A stretch of DNA of 64,000 nucleotides. It comes from the human T2T-CHM13v2.0 reference genome, Homo sapiens. The stretch lies in the NCBI RefSeq assembly GCF_009914755.1, contig NC_060930.1. The stretch is one strand, 5' to 3'. The position numbers and the translations under genes are program-made. Position 1 is the first letter of the stretch. Each line of letters opens with the position of its first letter. The notes under the pieces are model-generated. The model was not told the DNA's origin, ran no database searches, and worked only from the letters and a program-made list of their open reading frames with translations. Below are positions 14,401 through 63,075 of the stretch, piece by piece.

Positions 14401-16879
14401 AGTTATTTTAGGAAGTCCTGGAAGTTCTTTTTTGTATTTGACCTGGATCCCTACTGTCACTGTTTAGGGCCATTTTCAATTCAGTCACCTTCCCCCTCCC
14501 TTTAGAGATGGAAAAGAGCTACTCAGAATCACCTTAAATTTTTCTTTCTCTTTTTAAGTCCAAAGGTGTCAATGATGTAATATTGCCCACTAGGTTTGGC
14601 ATAGCAAAGCCTTTTCTGGTTATAAATATAATTTTGCATGGTTCACAGTTCAAAATCCACATTTTTTTTTTCTTTTTTTCTTTTTTCTTTTTTTTTTTTT
14701 TGTGGAATCAGCTGCAGGATGGCAGGAGTTTTTCTGCAGTCTTTCAGTGAAGCCTCTCTGGAGCTTCCCCGACTGGTTATGTAGAACTGGTCCTGCTTCC
14801 TGATCTGTGGGAGCCCCATGTGCCTCTACCCCAGAGCTAGGGCCCGCTCTGCATTCTACCCTTCACACTGCTAATTCACCAAGCTAATTAGGCTGGTTAA
14901 GGGTCTGTAAAGGCAGAAATCTGTTGGAGTTTAGTCTCATTCATTTCTTTCAGAGGAACTTGCAAGGAAGCTCCTGTCAGCTTTTGGAACGGGAACAGAA
15001 TCTCAAAGGCTTGGCATGAGAAATAGCTGAAGGTGCCAACCTTCCAGGCCAAAGATTCTAGTCACAAAGAGTCTCAATTCAACTTTTTCCCTTGAGGCAA
15101 ACTTCAAAGTATGCAGGAATCAAAAACTCATATAATGAAAATAAACCAAGGGATAACACACTTAGCTAAGACTTGCTGGAAACACATTTCTCCCACTGTA
15201 CCTCAATTCTCTCTGCCTCCAGAAAGACCTCATGGTACTTAATTACTTGCAAGGAGGACAGAGCAGGTTTTCTGATGTTCACTTTATTCCAGTTGCGCCA
15301 GTTTTATTAAATAAAGTTATGTAGCTTACCACTAGCCAGGCACTGTTCTAAGCACTTTAAAAATGTTAATTCATGTAATCCTCATAACAACCCTAGGAGA
15401 TAGGCACTTTTATTATTCTTATTTTACAGATGAAGAAACATGTACACATTGTCTATTTTTCTTTGCTGGTAGGTGTTTTTCTTCTTTCCTTTTTTTTTTT
15501 TGCTTACATAAGGTTTTAGGACAATGCATAATTTTCTTGTAGAACTTTTTTTTAATGATTGAACAAAATCACAAAATGACTAGAGCAAAGCATAATCTCA
15601 AAACACGACGTTTAGAGTTGTGAGTTTTTTGTTCTAGTGAAATATGAGCTACTTAAGGAATTCCATAGAAGGGCATAAACTAAAACCTCTTAGAGATTCA
15701 TTTGACCATTAGGCCTAATTTAGAAGAATAATACAGCACCAGAGGTTTTAATCTCTTGAATTTCTCATGTTTTATGTGCTCTTGGCATTGCCTAATTTTT
15801 TCCCCACTAGTGAACCTCTAGGCTTTTGGGGGGTGGCAAGAGAAGAATAGCATCCTTACAACCTGTGTAAGGCTATTGTTCACACACCAATGCACATATT
15901 AAAAGAGCAAATGTCCAACTATGGTCATTCACACTTTGCTTGCACCTATATAGTACCATTTATGTGCAAGCTTTTGTGACAATTTGATTTAATGAATATC
16001 CAGCTAGTTGGTTTAAAAAACTATCATAGTTCTAGCAAAGTCTTGAGACTTGTGGTCTGTTAAAATTAGAACCCTCCTGCTGGAGCATTTTGGATTTTGA
16101 AAAAGAAAAGTATATGGCATCTTCACTTATTAGATAAATCTTCCATAATATAATTTCCTTAGGGTATTGCAATTCTTACCACCCCTATTTTGGAATTCTG
16201 AAGCACATGCCATTTAGATTTGGATTATTTTCAACTATCAATTAGTGGGGAGAGGTGGGACTACTCACCCCTTTAAAGCATTTTTCCATGCCACTGAAAT
16301 TTTACAGGAAGCTTGGTATTAACTGGAATGTTCAGAGAATGTGGATGTCTGGCTACTTGGATAAGCAAAGAGTTAATGAGAAAGCCCGTTCTGTTAGAAT
16401 TCTTAGCCTTCTTTGTAAAACTAATTAGCCCACCTAATGGCCTTAGAAAACAAAGTATGTAGTACTAAACATCACTGATTCTTTCTTTTAGAGAACAAGG
16501 TATTGGTATGCCTGAGGGTCCTCATTCAGGAGGACCATTATTGCTCTACAGAACTGTAGTTAGAGAACAGAGAGGACAGGACTCAACCTTCATTGCTTCC
16601 TGGACTTACCTACTCTGGAATTCTTTTCACTTGTATCTCTAAGTTTTTTTTTTCCTTTCTTTCTTTTTTTTAATCAACAAGATGCACAGGCTCTGGAGCA
16701 GCTTGCCAGGGTTTAAATTCTAGTTCTACCATTTACTCATTGCATGATGTTGAACAAGTTAATTCCCTGTTCCTGAGTTTCCTCATCTGTAAAACAGGCA
16801 AAATAGTAGCACCTACAACAACCCATTACTACTCATGTTATGAATATTAAATATTCACACTAAAGCACTAAGGAGAATG

Positions 16880-17530
16880 TCTGTGTCTGAAATTAGGCAA
16901 ACTGCAAAGTCTAATGGGACAGTCTCCAAGACTGTCCTCACTTCTGACACTAACTGCAAGCCTAGGGTGGGTCTCTAAAACCATGCCTAGTTTTGATAAT
17001 CCACTGAAAGAGCTAGCAGAACTTACTGAAAGCCATTACACTGATAACTGTTACAGTTTACTACAGGATACTCCTTAGAACCAGCCAAAGGAAGAGACAC
17101 ATAGGGCCAAATCTAGGAGGGCTCCAAACACAAGGCTTCCATTATCCGCAGGATTTTCTACTCTCCTGGTCTCAATGTGCAACAATACACATGTAATATT
17201 GCCAACCTGGGATGCTCACCTTAGCTTCAGTGTCCAGAGTATTTATTGGAGCTTCATTATGTAGGCATGAATGATTGTTTGCCCATGTGGTTAAACTCAG
17301 TTTCTAGTCTCTCCCCTCACTCTCCAATGTCACGCTAACACCACATGGCTCAAGGGCCACACCATGGGTAACCTTGTTAGCATAAACTACCAGGAGTTGT
17401 CTAGCCCACCATGAATAACAAGACGTTTCTTTCACTTGGAAAATTCTAAGAGTTTAAAGGTTACCTCCCAGAAGCCAGGGACAAGGACCAGACCTCTCTT
17501 TGGGTCAGGCCAATTTCTTTATTACGCAGG
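16880..17530. mobile_element. MER21-like LTR
   Basis: aagactgtcctcacttctgacactaactgcaag and other MER21-like segments. Confidence 0.65.
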
Positions 17531-20500
17531 GTAAGCATTCTCCTAATGTTTATGATTATAATAGTAATTGCCCTCTTTCTCTTATAAGAAGATCAAAGAA
17601 AAACATTTTTTCCCACTTCTCTTTTTATTATAAAAATGTACAAACATACAGAAAAAAACATTGTAAGAAACACCAATATAACCACCACACATTTTGCCAT
17701 ATGTATCTATCTAGATGAATATGAGTATACATATGTATGCATATATAATAGGTATATTATGTATGGGTAATATTTTTGGTAAATCATTTGAAAATCAGTT
17801 GCAGCTATCACAACCATTTATCCCTCAACACTTCAGCACACATTTCCTGTGAATAACTACAAAACCACTATTATAACTTATAAAACTAACAGTAATTTCC
17901 TAATATGTAATATCCAGACTATATTCTAATTAAAGATAAAATATGAGTTAATTGAGGGATCCAGTTAGTTGCCAGACTCCTTTTCCCCAGACACATGCTC
18001 ATCCTGTATCTCCCCCATGGAAGAATCTAGGGTGGCTTCATGTTTCTTGCTGTTCAAGTCCAAACACTGGTGGCTGACTTTCAAAGCTTTCTATGATCTT
18101 GTGGGTCTTTTGTGCATTGCCTATGTTCCCACGTACATTTACGTAACATTTCCAGAGTGCCTACTGTGTGCCAGGCATGGTGCTGATTGCTTTGTGTTCA
18201 CAGTCTCGGTTCCTACTGCCTCATTCCATCAACCTTCTGCTCAGACATGGTGTCTCCTTATCTTTCTGCAAAAACTGTGTGCATTGATTGTCGAGAGGGG
18301 TTATTTTGTCCTCTCAGCCTTTAGAGTTTCCTAGTTCAGTAGTCTTCAAATTGTGTCCCATGGATTCAGTTGATGAACCCCAGGAGTGGCCTTGAGGTTG
18401 AGGTGATGGCCAAGAGGTTGGGTCATAGTGTCCCTATAGCTTCCCCTACTACCACTGAGAAAGAATTGTTAGTATTCTACCACTTTTAAAAAAATGATTT
18501 TACAAACCATTAATCTAATCCAACCAAATCCTTTTACAGAACAGTGAATCAATTTGCTCACATATCCAAAACTTGGGTTTGGGGAGAAGAACCTACTTCA
18601 GGGATATTTGAGTACCCATGCTTACCTTTAGCCTTTGGAAAGGTTGTCCCCTTGTCTGAACAGCCACTCAAACTCCTCTCAGATCCACTCTTATCTCCTT
18701 AAAGCATTGGCAACATCTACCCTTTCTTTATCATTAAATCTCCCAACAAGCTGCCCAAGGTGGTATCTTTCTCTGCTCTCCTAAAGCATTTTTAGTCTGA
18801 ACTGCATACATTTAACATTTAATTCTGTGCTCTGGAAAATATTTTTTCTTTTTTTGTGTGTTTTAGTTTTCTCTCCCTTCAAGGTCAATGGTACTTTGAA
18901 CTCGGGAGAACGACTTCCACTTTTTAGTCCACCAAACAAATAAACATTTACCGAATAATTACTGTGTACCAGGCACTGGTTGAGGTGCTTTGAAGAACAT
19001 AAGGATGAATAACTCCTTGCTTCCAGATGCTCAAATTCTATTTGTGAAAAGAGACAAGGAAATAATGTTCTACAGTGTGAATGAAGTAAGTACAAAATAT
19101 AGGTCAAGAAAAGTGCTGTGAAAATGCAAGAGGAAATGCAACTCATTATAACAGAAAAGATCAATAAAGTTTCCATTTGTTTCTATCCATCACGGGGCAC
19201 CCTGTAGACAAGTGCTGTTGATTAACAGAGGGTTTTACTCCATCTCAGTTTTGATGAATTAGTATTCAACTTTGCTGGGAAAAAAATCCAGAAGTAGATA
19301 TGGCCAAAGGCCTGTTTTGCCTTACAAGAACAAAGCCAAAAATTAAATCTCTTTTTGGGGTTGTGATTACTCTTGCAACACAGGGCTCAGAACATAGTAA
19401 CTGCTTAACACTTGCTTGTTAAAAGCAGCTTGTGGTGCTTTGTACTTACCAGTTTTTAAGAGTACCATTCATTATCAATTTCCTACATTGAATTCCATTA
19501 AAGAGCAAAAGCATATTTTAAAATCACCTTATTCCGATTCGATCCTACCTTCAGGAGATTTCAAAAATTTCTCAGGAGAAAAAGCAATTCTTTTGGAATT
19601 CAAAGGAGACTCAGCTCCAAGAATAAAACTACATCAGATAATTATTAAGGTCAAGCCCAGGCCTACGATTCCCAACTCTGAGGCTACCTTCCTCTTATCA
19701 TTTATTCCCCAAAACTATTTTACCTTAAATTCAAATTCCATAGGCAATTTGTGTGACATTCTAGGGTTTTCTAGTACAAAAATATATTAGTGGAAGAGCC
19801 ACAAGAAATACTCAAGACAAATTATTTCCTGGAAGTACAACTAAACATTAATTACGCCAAACCCAAATTGTCATTTTTGGCAGGCACTCTCTGGCAACCA
19901 GATGAATAATACTTTTAAGATGTTATTCATTAAGTTAACGTATTTAATTTCTTGTGGGTTTGTTTATGGCTAACATCTGTTAAAGTCATGGAGATATAGT
20001 TCCCAAAATGAAATCCATTAGAGAAACTACATTAAAGGTGTACCATGAAAGAGGTTAGGATTCCATAATGGCTCTGGTAAATGTATGTTTATTTGTGTTA
20101 CTATGTAATTAATGTTGGCTTCCCCACCCACTATACTCTAAGCACCATAAGAGCAGTGAAACTAACCTTTTCACTACTGCTTCCCTAGTGCCTTGCAAAA
20201 TGCCTGATACCTAGGTGTTCAATATATTTTTGCTAAATTGATGAACTTGGAAGATAGACTTTGGCGCACTCCTGGATTACTCTTTGCCTAGTAAAATATA
20301 CTTCTTGGAGATCAGGATGAACTCACAGAAGACACACTAATCAAATTTGCAGAGGTGGGAACAGCTAGGGAAAGTGTAGGTTGAGCCGTAGGAAAATGCT
20401 GTTTTTGCAGGTCCAAATGAGAAGAGAAGATAAACCTTTCTTTTGGTTCAACCTAATGTGACCATTTTGAATATTCCTGCTCCTTTTTCTCAACCATCTG

Positions 20501-20545
20501 AATTTATAAGACTCATTTAAATGCATCACACTTTTAAAAGACATC

Positions 20546-20860
<315 letters not shown>

Positions 20861-21800
20861 TTATGTCCTATGACCATAATCTGGCAGGGTAAGAGAAACA
20901 GAGTTGTTTTAGACAGGATGCGATAGACATCTTTAGATATTTGAGCAGCTTTGGGGGAAGGATCAAATTAGCTTATATGTGCCTGATCCTAGTTTAACTG
21001 GAATCAATAATTGGAAGCTACAAGGAGACAGTTCTTAACTCAGCAATAAGGATGAACTTTCTTTCAGAGCTGTTTGGATGATACTTCTTCAAACCGGATG
21101 TATTTAATCAGTCTGAGTAACTCTTTGCTTGATCCTATTGTAAAGAGAAATCTAAGCCACATCAGGGAGAGACTAGATGACCTCAGAGGCTCTTCTCAGC
21201 TTTAGAGTTTATGACTTGGCTTCAAGGAACCCAGTGAGACCCATTAATGTAGGTCCAGGTGTATTTATCTCTAAGGGGATATTCTGTATTCAGTTGTTAA
21301 ATATTATATGATTTAAAAAGAAAGGTATTACAGATCATGGTATAATTTTTCTACAAAAGTGAACTTGGGTCTAGATTAAAAATAAATGTGTATACACAAG
21401 GTGAACAAGTACTATCACAAGAATAGGACCACAACCAACAGAAATATTTTCTTAAATTTGTGGTATTAGTGTTTCAAAAGGCTTTAAATCCAAACTAAAT
21501 TAGATAAAGATTAATTTTTGCATTAATTCCAAGGAATACTTGCCAGAACCATGGTTTATATGTTTGGGCTACACCAAACATATAGCGTCCAATTAGCTTC
21601 AGTTGGAGATGGATATAGCAGTGCTAACAACCCTGAGCTTGGTCATTTCCTGTCCATAAAAGACCAAATTCAGTTCAACAAGTATTTACTGAGTCTATTT
21701 AATTTGTCATGTCCTAGAGGCACAAGGGAGAATGAGACAACGCAACCACTCCTCAAGGAACTAATGTGCTCCAAGTTTTGGCTAGAAATATTAATACTCC

Positions 21801-22172
21801 TGTATTGGTCCATTCTCCTGCTGCTAATAAAGACATACATGAACCTGGGCAATTTATAAAGAAAAAGAGGTTTAATGGTCTCACAGTTTCACAAGGCTGG
21901 GAAGGCCTCATGATCATGGTGGAAGCCAAAGGAGGAACAAAGGCACATCTTATATGATGGCAGGCAAGAGAAGTCAGAAGCGAAGGTGGGGGGAAAGCCC
22001 CTTATAAAACCATCAGATCTCATGAGAACTAATTCACCAACATGAGAACAGGATGGGGGAAACTGCCCCCATGATTGAATTCTCTCTACCTGGTCCCTCC
22101 CACGACACTTGGGAATTATGGGAACTACAATTCAAGGTAAGATTTGGGTGGGGACACAGACAAACCACATCA
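21801..22172 (-). mobile_element. THE1 solo LTR
   Basis: Reverse complement of the same LTR family seen at 30954 and 32925. Confidence 0.9.
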
Positions 22173-22739
22173 CTCCCTGAACACTTAATTTGTGCCATTT
22201 AACACTTCTAAACACCTTATAAAGTAAGTACCATTTTTAATCCATTTCTAAATAAAAATACTAAAATATAAATAACTGAGTAAATGCTTGTGGTCATATA
22301 GCTGGTGAGTAGCCAAGACAAGTTTGGCTTCAGTGTTCACAAGCTTAAGCATTATAATATATTGCCTTCTAAGAGAAGCACAATTCCTTTGCATTGTTCA
22401 AGGGATACCCACTGCCTCTGACAAAAAATGTGGTACATACTCATCAGAAGATGGCTACATAGCCCGTTTGTATTCATCCAATGAGTTCAACTGATATTTG
22501 TGGAAAACCTACTGTATTTTAGATACTGCACCAGGTGATTTCACAGTGACTATCTCATTCAATCTTAACAGCTTTGTCAAACAGATACTATCTTTATTTT
22601 ACAGAGAAAACTGAGAGCTAGAACTTAAATGACCTGTCTGGGTTCACACAATTTTTGAGAAATAGTGCTGGGATTTAAGCTCAGGCCTCCTAAGTCCTGT
22701 GCTCTCAGTAGGCTTATAAAAGTCATTTTTTAAAAGAAG

Positions 22740-23880
<1,141 letters not shown>

Positions 23881-25069
23881 TTAAAATTGGGCTTTCAAAG
23901 ACTTTCTCTTCTCACATGAGGGAAGAGATGCATAATCACAAAGTTCCCTTTATGGCTTTAAGTGAGCCTAAGTCTCTATTTGGTGTTGTAAAATTGGGCT
24001 TATTTTCACTAGGGGATAGGAACATTACATTTAAATAAATAATTAAACATTTTCTCCTAAATTAAAATTATTTATGTAAAGTGCTTCTTACAGGACCTTA
24101 TACACATTCTGGCTATTATTATCCTAATCATTATAACCATCCTAAGATTTTAAATCAATATTCTGCATAAAATAATAAATAGAAAATAATAAAAGTTTGG
24201 CATTCATGGTAAAGGGAAAAACATTCAAAAAAGAGACGCATTAGCATGTGATAGCTGAGCTGAGACAGCTTCTCTAAGCCCATTATTTTTGGTCAACCTA
24301 AGGGATAGCATTTGTACCTCTAACCAACAGTGATGTCCCCTAAAATTTGGGGATAGAAACCTTCATTTCATACCTGTTTCCAACTTCTTAATTATGTAAA
24401 CATACATTTAAGATTTTATGGGATGGTTCACCTATTGTTTGACCATTGTATCTTGACTTTTGGTTCAGATTAGCTTTTCACAGAACTTATAATTGGGGAT
24501 TCCAGGGCCACATGCCCACTCTTGCTGCACCAGAATCCATGGGGTAGCCTCCAGAAAGAATTTTAAGTGTGCAGTAAATTTTAAGTGTACAAATAGTGCA
24601 ACCCAATTACGGGGGTACCATCTGACTCAAAGTGATTGTAGATTCATAGGGCTTTTATGATTCTCCAGCAAATTAGCAGACAAGTGTCTTAGAGAAGAAG
24701 AACCTTTTTCTAATTTTCTATAAATTCACCAAAGGGGTAGCAGTGGGGCAGTGCATGGAGAGTCCCACAGCTTCCATGTAGTTGAAGGTAGTGTGTCCTT
24801 ATCTTTGGCAGTATATTCATCAAGTCTTCAAGTTCTGGGGGACCAATTTAGGGATCCTGGGTTATTTTGGGTAGCTGTGGTCTCTATGATACCTGCTCGG
24901 TTTTTCAATGTGGCCACGATAATATCCATATATTGTACTTAAGTAGACACCAATAGCCTACAGAACCCCTGATCTTTGTGTGTTTGATGCTATTACTGAT
25001 AGCAATAATAGTAATAATTGATGCTATTAATAGTAATAGCATCAATGGTTATTATGAGCAACAATGATT

Positions 25070-25710
25070 TAAAACACACTGACTCCCCAACAGAAAAAGA
25101 CAAAATCAGAATTCACAGAAGAAATCCAAATGACCATTAAACAGAAAAAGTTTAATTTTACTAATAATAGAATACATTTAAAATTAAAAGTGAGGCATAT
25201 TTTCATTTATTAGACTGATCAAAATGAGTGCTGGCAAAGGTGGAAAGAGATGGTATTCAAATGTTGGTGATGGAAGGGGAAATTGGTACATCCTTTTTGG
25301 AGGCAGTCAAAATGTCAAATGTATATTCCCTTTGATTCAGACATTCTGCTTCTGGGAAGTTATTTAGTTGAGCAGAAGAAATACATAGGTAGAAAAACTT
25401 TGTATATAAGCATGTTTACTGCAGTATCATTGACAGCACTGTAATATTAGAAATGATCTATTTCTCCAACTACAGATTGAATAAATTCAAAATAGGATAC
25501 TGATTCATTCTCTTTTAAAAATTATATATATACATATATATGTGTGTGTGTACATAACCCTAACACACACACACATACACACACATGAGAAAGAGAAAAT
25601 AGAGAAAATAGTGTGCAGTGATTATCTCTGGGATGTAGGAATGGGAGGAAAAAAGATTTTGACTTTTTGCTTTATGTATTATTGTAGTATTTGGTCTTCT
25701 AAAAAAAAAT
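25070..25710 (+). mobile_element. Very old L1ME-like 3' fragment containing a (TA)/(TG)/(CA) microsatellite
   Basis: Degenerate L1 3' motifs. Confidence 0.55.
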
Positions 25711-26934
25711 CACTGGGATCACTTATATAATTTTTTAAAAAGTAAACCTAGGGAATTTATGATTCACTTCTGGAATGGAAACTAGCCAGCAATATACTTC
25801 AACTGAGTACTAACTGTATACTGAAAATATTTTTGTGAAGAGTTCATTGGATACTAGATATTTTTCTTTGCAGTAAAGCAGTTTTTAGCATGTCCAAAAC
25901 TCATGAATTAAAGTATGTTTCATACTCAGAAGCCAGGTAAACTATGAACAAGATTATTCTGTATATAACATGGTTGATATATGCAGTCAACTAATGACAG
26001 ACTTGGGACAATGAGGCAAGTTTAAGTTCTTAGGCCCAAAATATAATCTGGAGGAGGAACTTTGTTTTTGTTCATAAGCACAATACAAAAGCATCTAAGG
26101 CCCAAAGGAACAACAGCTTCTTTGCAGGAGTCCCTGAGCAGCACAGGCACTACCTGCCATCTTAAAAGATTCAAGTCTTCATTTAAGACAAATGCCCAGA
26201 ATTCAGCTTTCCTGGAGTGCTTATGCAGTTACCAAACTTCTCAGGTTGCAAACAACAACGAAAAATTATATGTATAAAATAACTCCTCTGTTCCTGGCAC
26301 TGCTATGCCCTTTCATAGACATAAAGACACTGTTTAAAATTCAAGACTCCAGCCTGGATTTTCTCCTTCCAGTAAGTCAAATACACTCCACATCCCTATT
26401 TCTTATCCTAGAAAGGAGCTCTAATAATACCCATGCCAACTCCATTCTCAAACTGATGCAAGGCTGAAACATGCTCATGTTGGGTAAAGCACTTTCAAAG
26501 CTGTGAAGTTCTCAACTGAATGCGAAGGATTTTGTACAAATGTGACTTAGTATTTATCATTTCAAAAGTGGGAGATTTTCAAAGTTGAGCCTTAGTTTAT
26601 GTTTTTTTTTTTTTTTTTACTAGCTTTGATTTAGCAGCACTATATCCTATTTATAAGGATTTTTAAAAATTAGTGCTTTATAAAGTTTTATTATACAGTA
26701 ATCATTGCTGGCCACTTCTGGTATAAAGTGAATTAGATGTAATTCTTCTACATTAGCATTCATAGATGATTTTATTAAAATAGTAACAATGTTAAAGGCC
26801 AGAAAATTAAGAAACAATCTTATTTGACTTATTGGAGATACCGCTATGGCAAGGTCTATCAAAATTCTTTATATCTTCTGCAACAATAAAATGAAACACT
26901 CCCAAAATGCAGTAAAGATACTAAGAGTCAGGTA

Positions 26935-27377
26935 TTCTGCAGACAAGTAAACCTTTTATTTTAAACCACAAATAGTCAGCAGGTGGCCACAACTATCCAT
27001 GTTTCATTAAAATCACATAAAACCTAGGTACAAAAGCACCACTGATTATTGCTCTAGAAAAACTGCATGAAAAATTCAAATATGCACAGTAAAAACACCA
27101 CAGTATGCACAGGACTAAATTTTAAAGCAAGTGCATGGAATGCTGAATCAATCTTACACACAGCTTCCAATATTTAACTGATATTTATTTTACTTGAGGA
27201 TGATGTAAATTTCCAAAAAGCATGACTATGAGACGATAAAATGTCCATCCTTATATATTTTCGTATGCCAACTAGTAGAGTCCTAAAAAATTAGCATTTA
27301 CAAAATACTTGGTAAAAATAGCTTTTAAAAGTTGTCCCAAGAGATACATAAAATCAACCCCAATTTTTCATGACAAT
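26935..27377 (-). other. HMGN3: HMGN3 3' UTR (AU-rich)
   Basis: Lies between the stop codon and the AATAAA signal; the cleavage site is estimated. Confidence 0.8.
26955..26960 (-). terminator. Polyadenylation signal AATAAA of HMGN3
   Basis: tttatt on the + strand ~420 nt after the stop, followed by a CA at ~26940 and a GT/T-rich downstream element (~26880-26900). Confidence 0.8.
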
Positions 27378-60248
<32,871 letters not shown>

Positions 60249-61109
60249 AATGACTATGTCGGTGAAGCAAAAAGTAAAGCAACGGACTGGAACTGCTGGC
60301 GCCGCCGCTGGATGCTGCCTCTGCCGCTGCAGCTGCTCACGCGCAGGGCACGACGTAGCCCGGCCTCTTCGACCTGCACCTCCGCGGCTCCCTCTGGGGG
60401 CCCTCTGCTCGCCTCCCTGCTGCTCCAATGAGGAGCCCCGCCAGCCGGCCGCGAGGCCCCATTGGCTGAGGCAACGTTCTAAATTCCACGAGGGCACGCC
60501 CACCTCCGCGCGCGGTACGCGCTGTTGTAGTTTCCACTTCACCGAAAAAAATCTGCCTGGCGACTGAGCATGCCCAGTTCAACTAGTAGCCTCCAGGCCA
60601 CACAATCCTGAAGTTTCATTGTTTCGCTGCTCTCTCTTTGAGATTGTAAGAATAAGAACAGTGTGTGTCTTCATAGGAAGGAAAAAGAGTAAGAATGAAT
60701 ACGTAAACTTTATAATGTAAATATATACACAGCAGGTACCTTATTCATTTCCTACCCATAAAGGCTTTTAATGAATGTTACATGGTGGGAATCTGTAAAG
60801 CGTGGGAAGGTACTCTGTACTGGAAGAGCGTGGCAACTTCTAAAGGCCTCAGTTTCCCCCCCTAGATATATAGTGACAACAGTCCCTAAAATCACTTAGC
60901 TCTAATTTTCTGAAATCTGTGATTATAAATCACTCACTAATTCAGCTAACTTCAAACTAGATGTAAAGACGAATAGGACATGTTTGTTACGGAAATTAGG
61001 AAAAGAAAGAACAAGGCAAAAACTGATTATTTTATATTTGAGACATATATTTGAATGACACCCGTCATGTTACACTTTATGCGTAATATTTCTCAAAGTT
61101 CTGCAAGGC

Positions 61110-61610
61110 ATAAAATGAGCATTGCAAAAATATTTCTGAATTCATTTTATGAGACCAGATTTACTCTGATACCAAAACCAGTGAAAGACTTCAAAAGAGA
61201 GTTACAGACCAATATCACTCATAAACATAGACACAAAAGTCGTGAACAAAATTTTAGTAAATGAAACTCAACAACATTTAAAGGGACAATACATCATGAC
61301 CTGTGGGGCTTATCTTGGGAATGCAAAGCTGCTTTTTTAATATCTGAGAATCAATCAATGTAATTGGCAGGATTAATAGAATAAAGGGGGAAAAACAATC
61401 CTTTCAGCAGATGCAGGAAAAGCGCTAGTGAATGGGTAAGCAAATTGTGATGAGCACATGCAGTGGAATACTATTCAGCAATAAAAAACAATAAAAAATT
61501 TTCCTACATGGATGAATATCAAAAACAAAGTGCTGTACGAAAGAAGTCAAATACAAAAGACCACACTGAATGATTGCATTCATATGAAATTATAGAAAAA
61601 GCAAAATTGG
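61110..61610 (+). mobile_element. Old L1 fragments (ORF2 RT piece and 3' UTR)
   Basis: NSFYETRFTLIPKP matches the L1 ORF2 NSFYEASIxLIPKP motif. Confidence 0.8.
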
Positions 61611-63075
61611 GCAAAGTTAGTTTCAGAATCATCTTAGCAGGCAAAGCTCACATCATAGGAAAATGTGTTGAAGCCTTACATTACAAATATGGCCAAATCC
61701 ACTTTGGTAACACAGAGGCTGCAAATATGTATTAAAAATATCATGTATTAAATATGTATTAAAAAAGCAATGAAGTTTAATATTTCACTTTTTCTTTAGT
61801 AATTTTCAGAATACATTAATTGATCTAGTACTCTCCAGAGGTGGTTGATTACTTTCTTTTTTGGAACATCTTTATGAACTCATGGATTTTTACATATTTG
61901 GTGTGCATCAGTGTATTGCTATCATTATTATTACCTTTTTAATGCTCCTATTACCACATCTTTAGCCAATGCATACCCTTTCAAATTAGTGCTTGTGTCC
62001 TTTTGACATGATCTTAATCATTTTTGATAGATTCCCTGTTCTTGGGCATTCAGTGAATGACAATAGTATACTGAAACGAATTAAGATAAAAACCAATTGC
62101 TTAGAGCTAGATAAAAATTTACAAGTTAATAATTTTATCATTAAAATAATATTTATAATGAAGATGTCTTTCAAGATATTAATTTGCCAAATACTTGATA
62201 GTTAAATAAAGAAAAAGTCAGTGAAAACATTTTTAGTAAGATATGTGTGAGAAGGATACTGAGTAGCACTTGCAATCTGGACTGGATGGCTATTTTTCTT
62301 CATGGAGATGGAAAGGTGCCACAACAAAGGTAGTGCTAAGGTGAATATTTCTCCTCTGTGATGAAAAATAACTCACAAAATTGGCTTCTTTGTTAATTTT
62401 TTTTCAAAACCAAACACTCAGATCATCAACAGCAAACAAAATTGTGAATGTTTTTACTGCACACAATAAAAATGCTACGATGAAATTGAAGCTTGCTTGT
62501 TGGATGAAGAAAGCTGATTGTGAGGACCTCGAGTTCTTGGAATCTTTAGTTCATTTACAAGTTATGAAAATAACAGCTTCGGTTGAAAAACAACAGCATT
62601 GCTTATCTTTCCTTTGATGTAGATTGCACCTGGCTGAGCACTACTCTAGGAAATGAAGTGTTCTCCCTTGTACCTTTAGTAGCCTTCAAGATCTGGGAAA
62701 GTCAGTGCAAACCTCTACTGGTGGCCCTGGAGGTAAGAAGAGTAGGCAAAGAGAATGATTTAGCAGGTAGCTAGAATTCTAGGTTAAGAGATAAAGACAT
62801 CTGGGCAGAAATGAGGGTGTCACATAGAAGACAGTGAGGAGGTCAAGCTGGTAAGAAGTACAGACTCATTTGTTTATCAATATATTCCACTGAGCATTTC
62901 TACTACTTTGGAATATCAGCCTCTAAGACAGTAAAAGTAGGATGTATATACTATCTTAGCTAAGGTAGACCTGGATAAATTAACAGAGTTACTGACTGAG
63001 ACAGAAAGAAAAAAAATAGTGAACAAACTTGTTTTCCAATTCCAGCTCCTCTCCTCTTTTGTCCTACTCAAAACT

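Noticed and set aside
60520-60536. ZNF143/THAP11 motif (ACTACA)
   Set aside because: Only the ACTACAA half is present; the TCCCA part is missing
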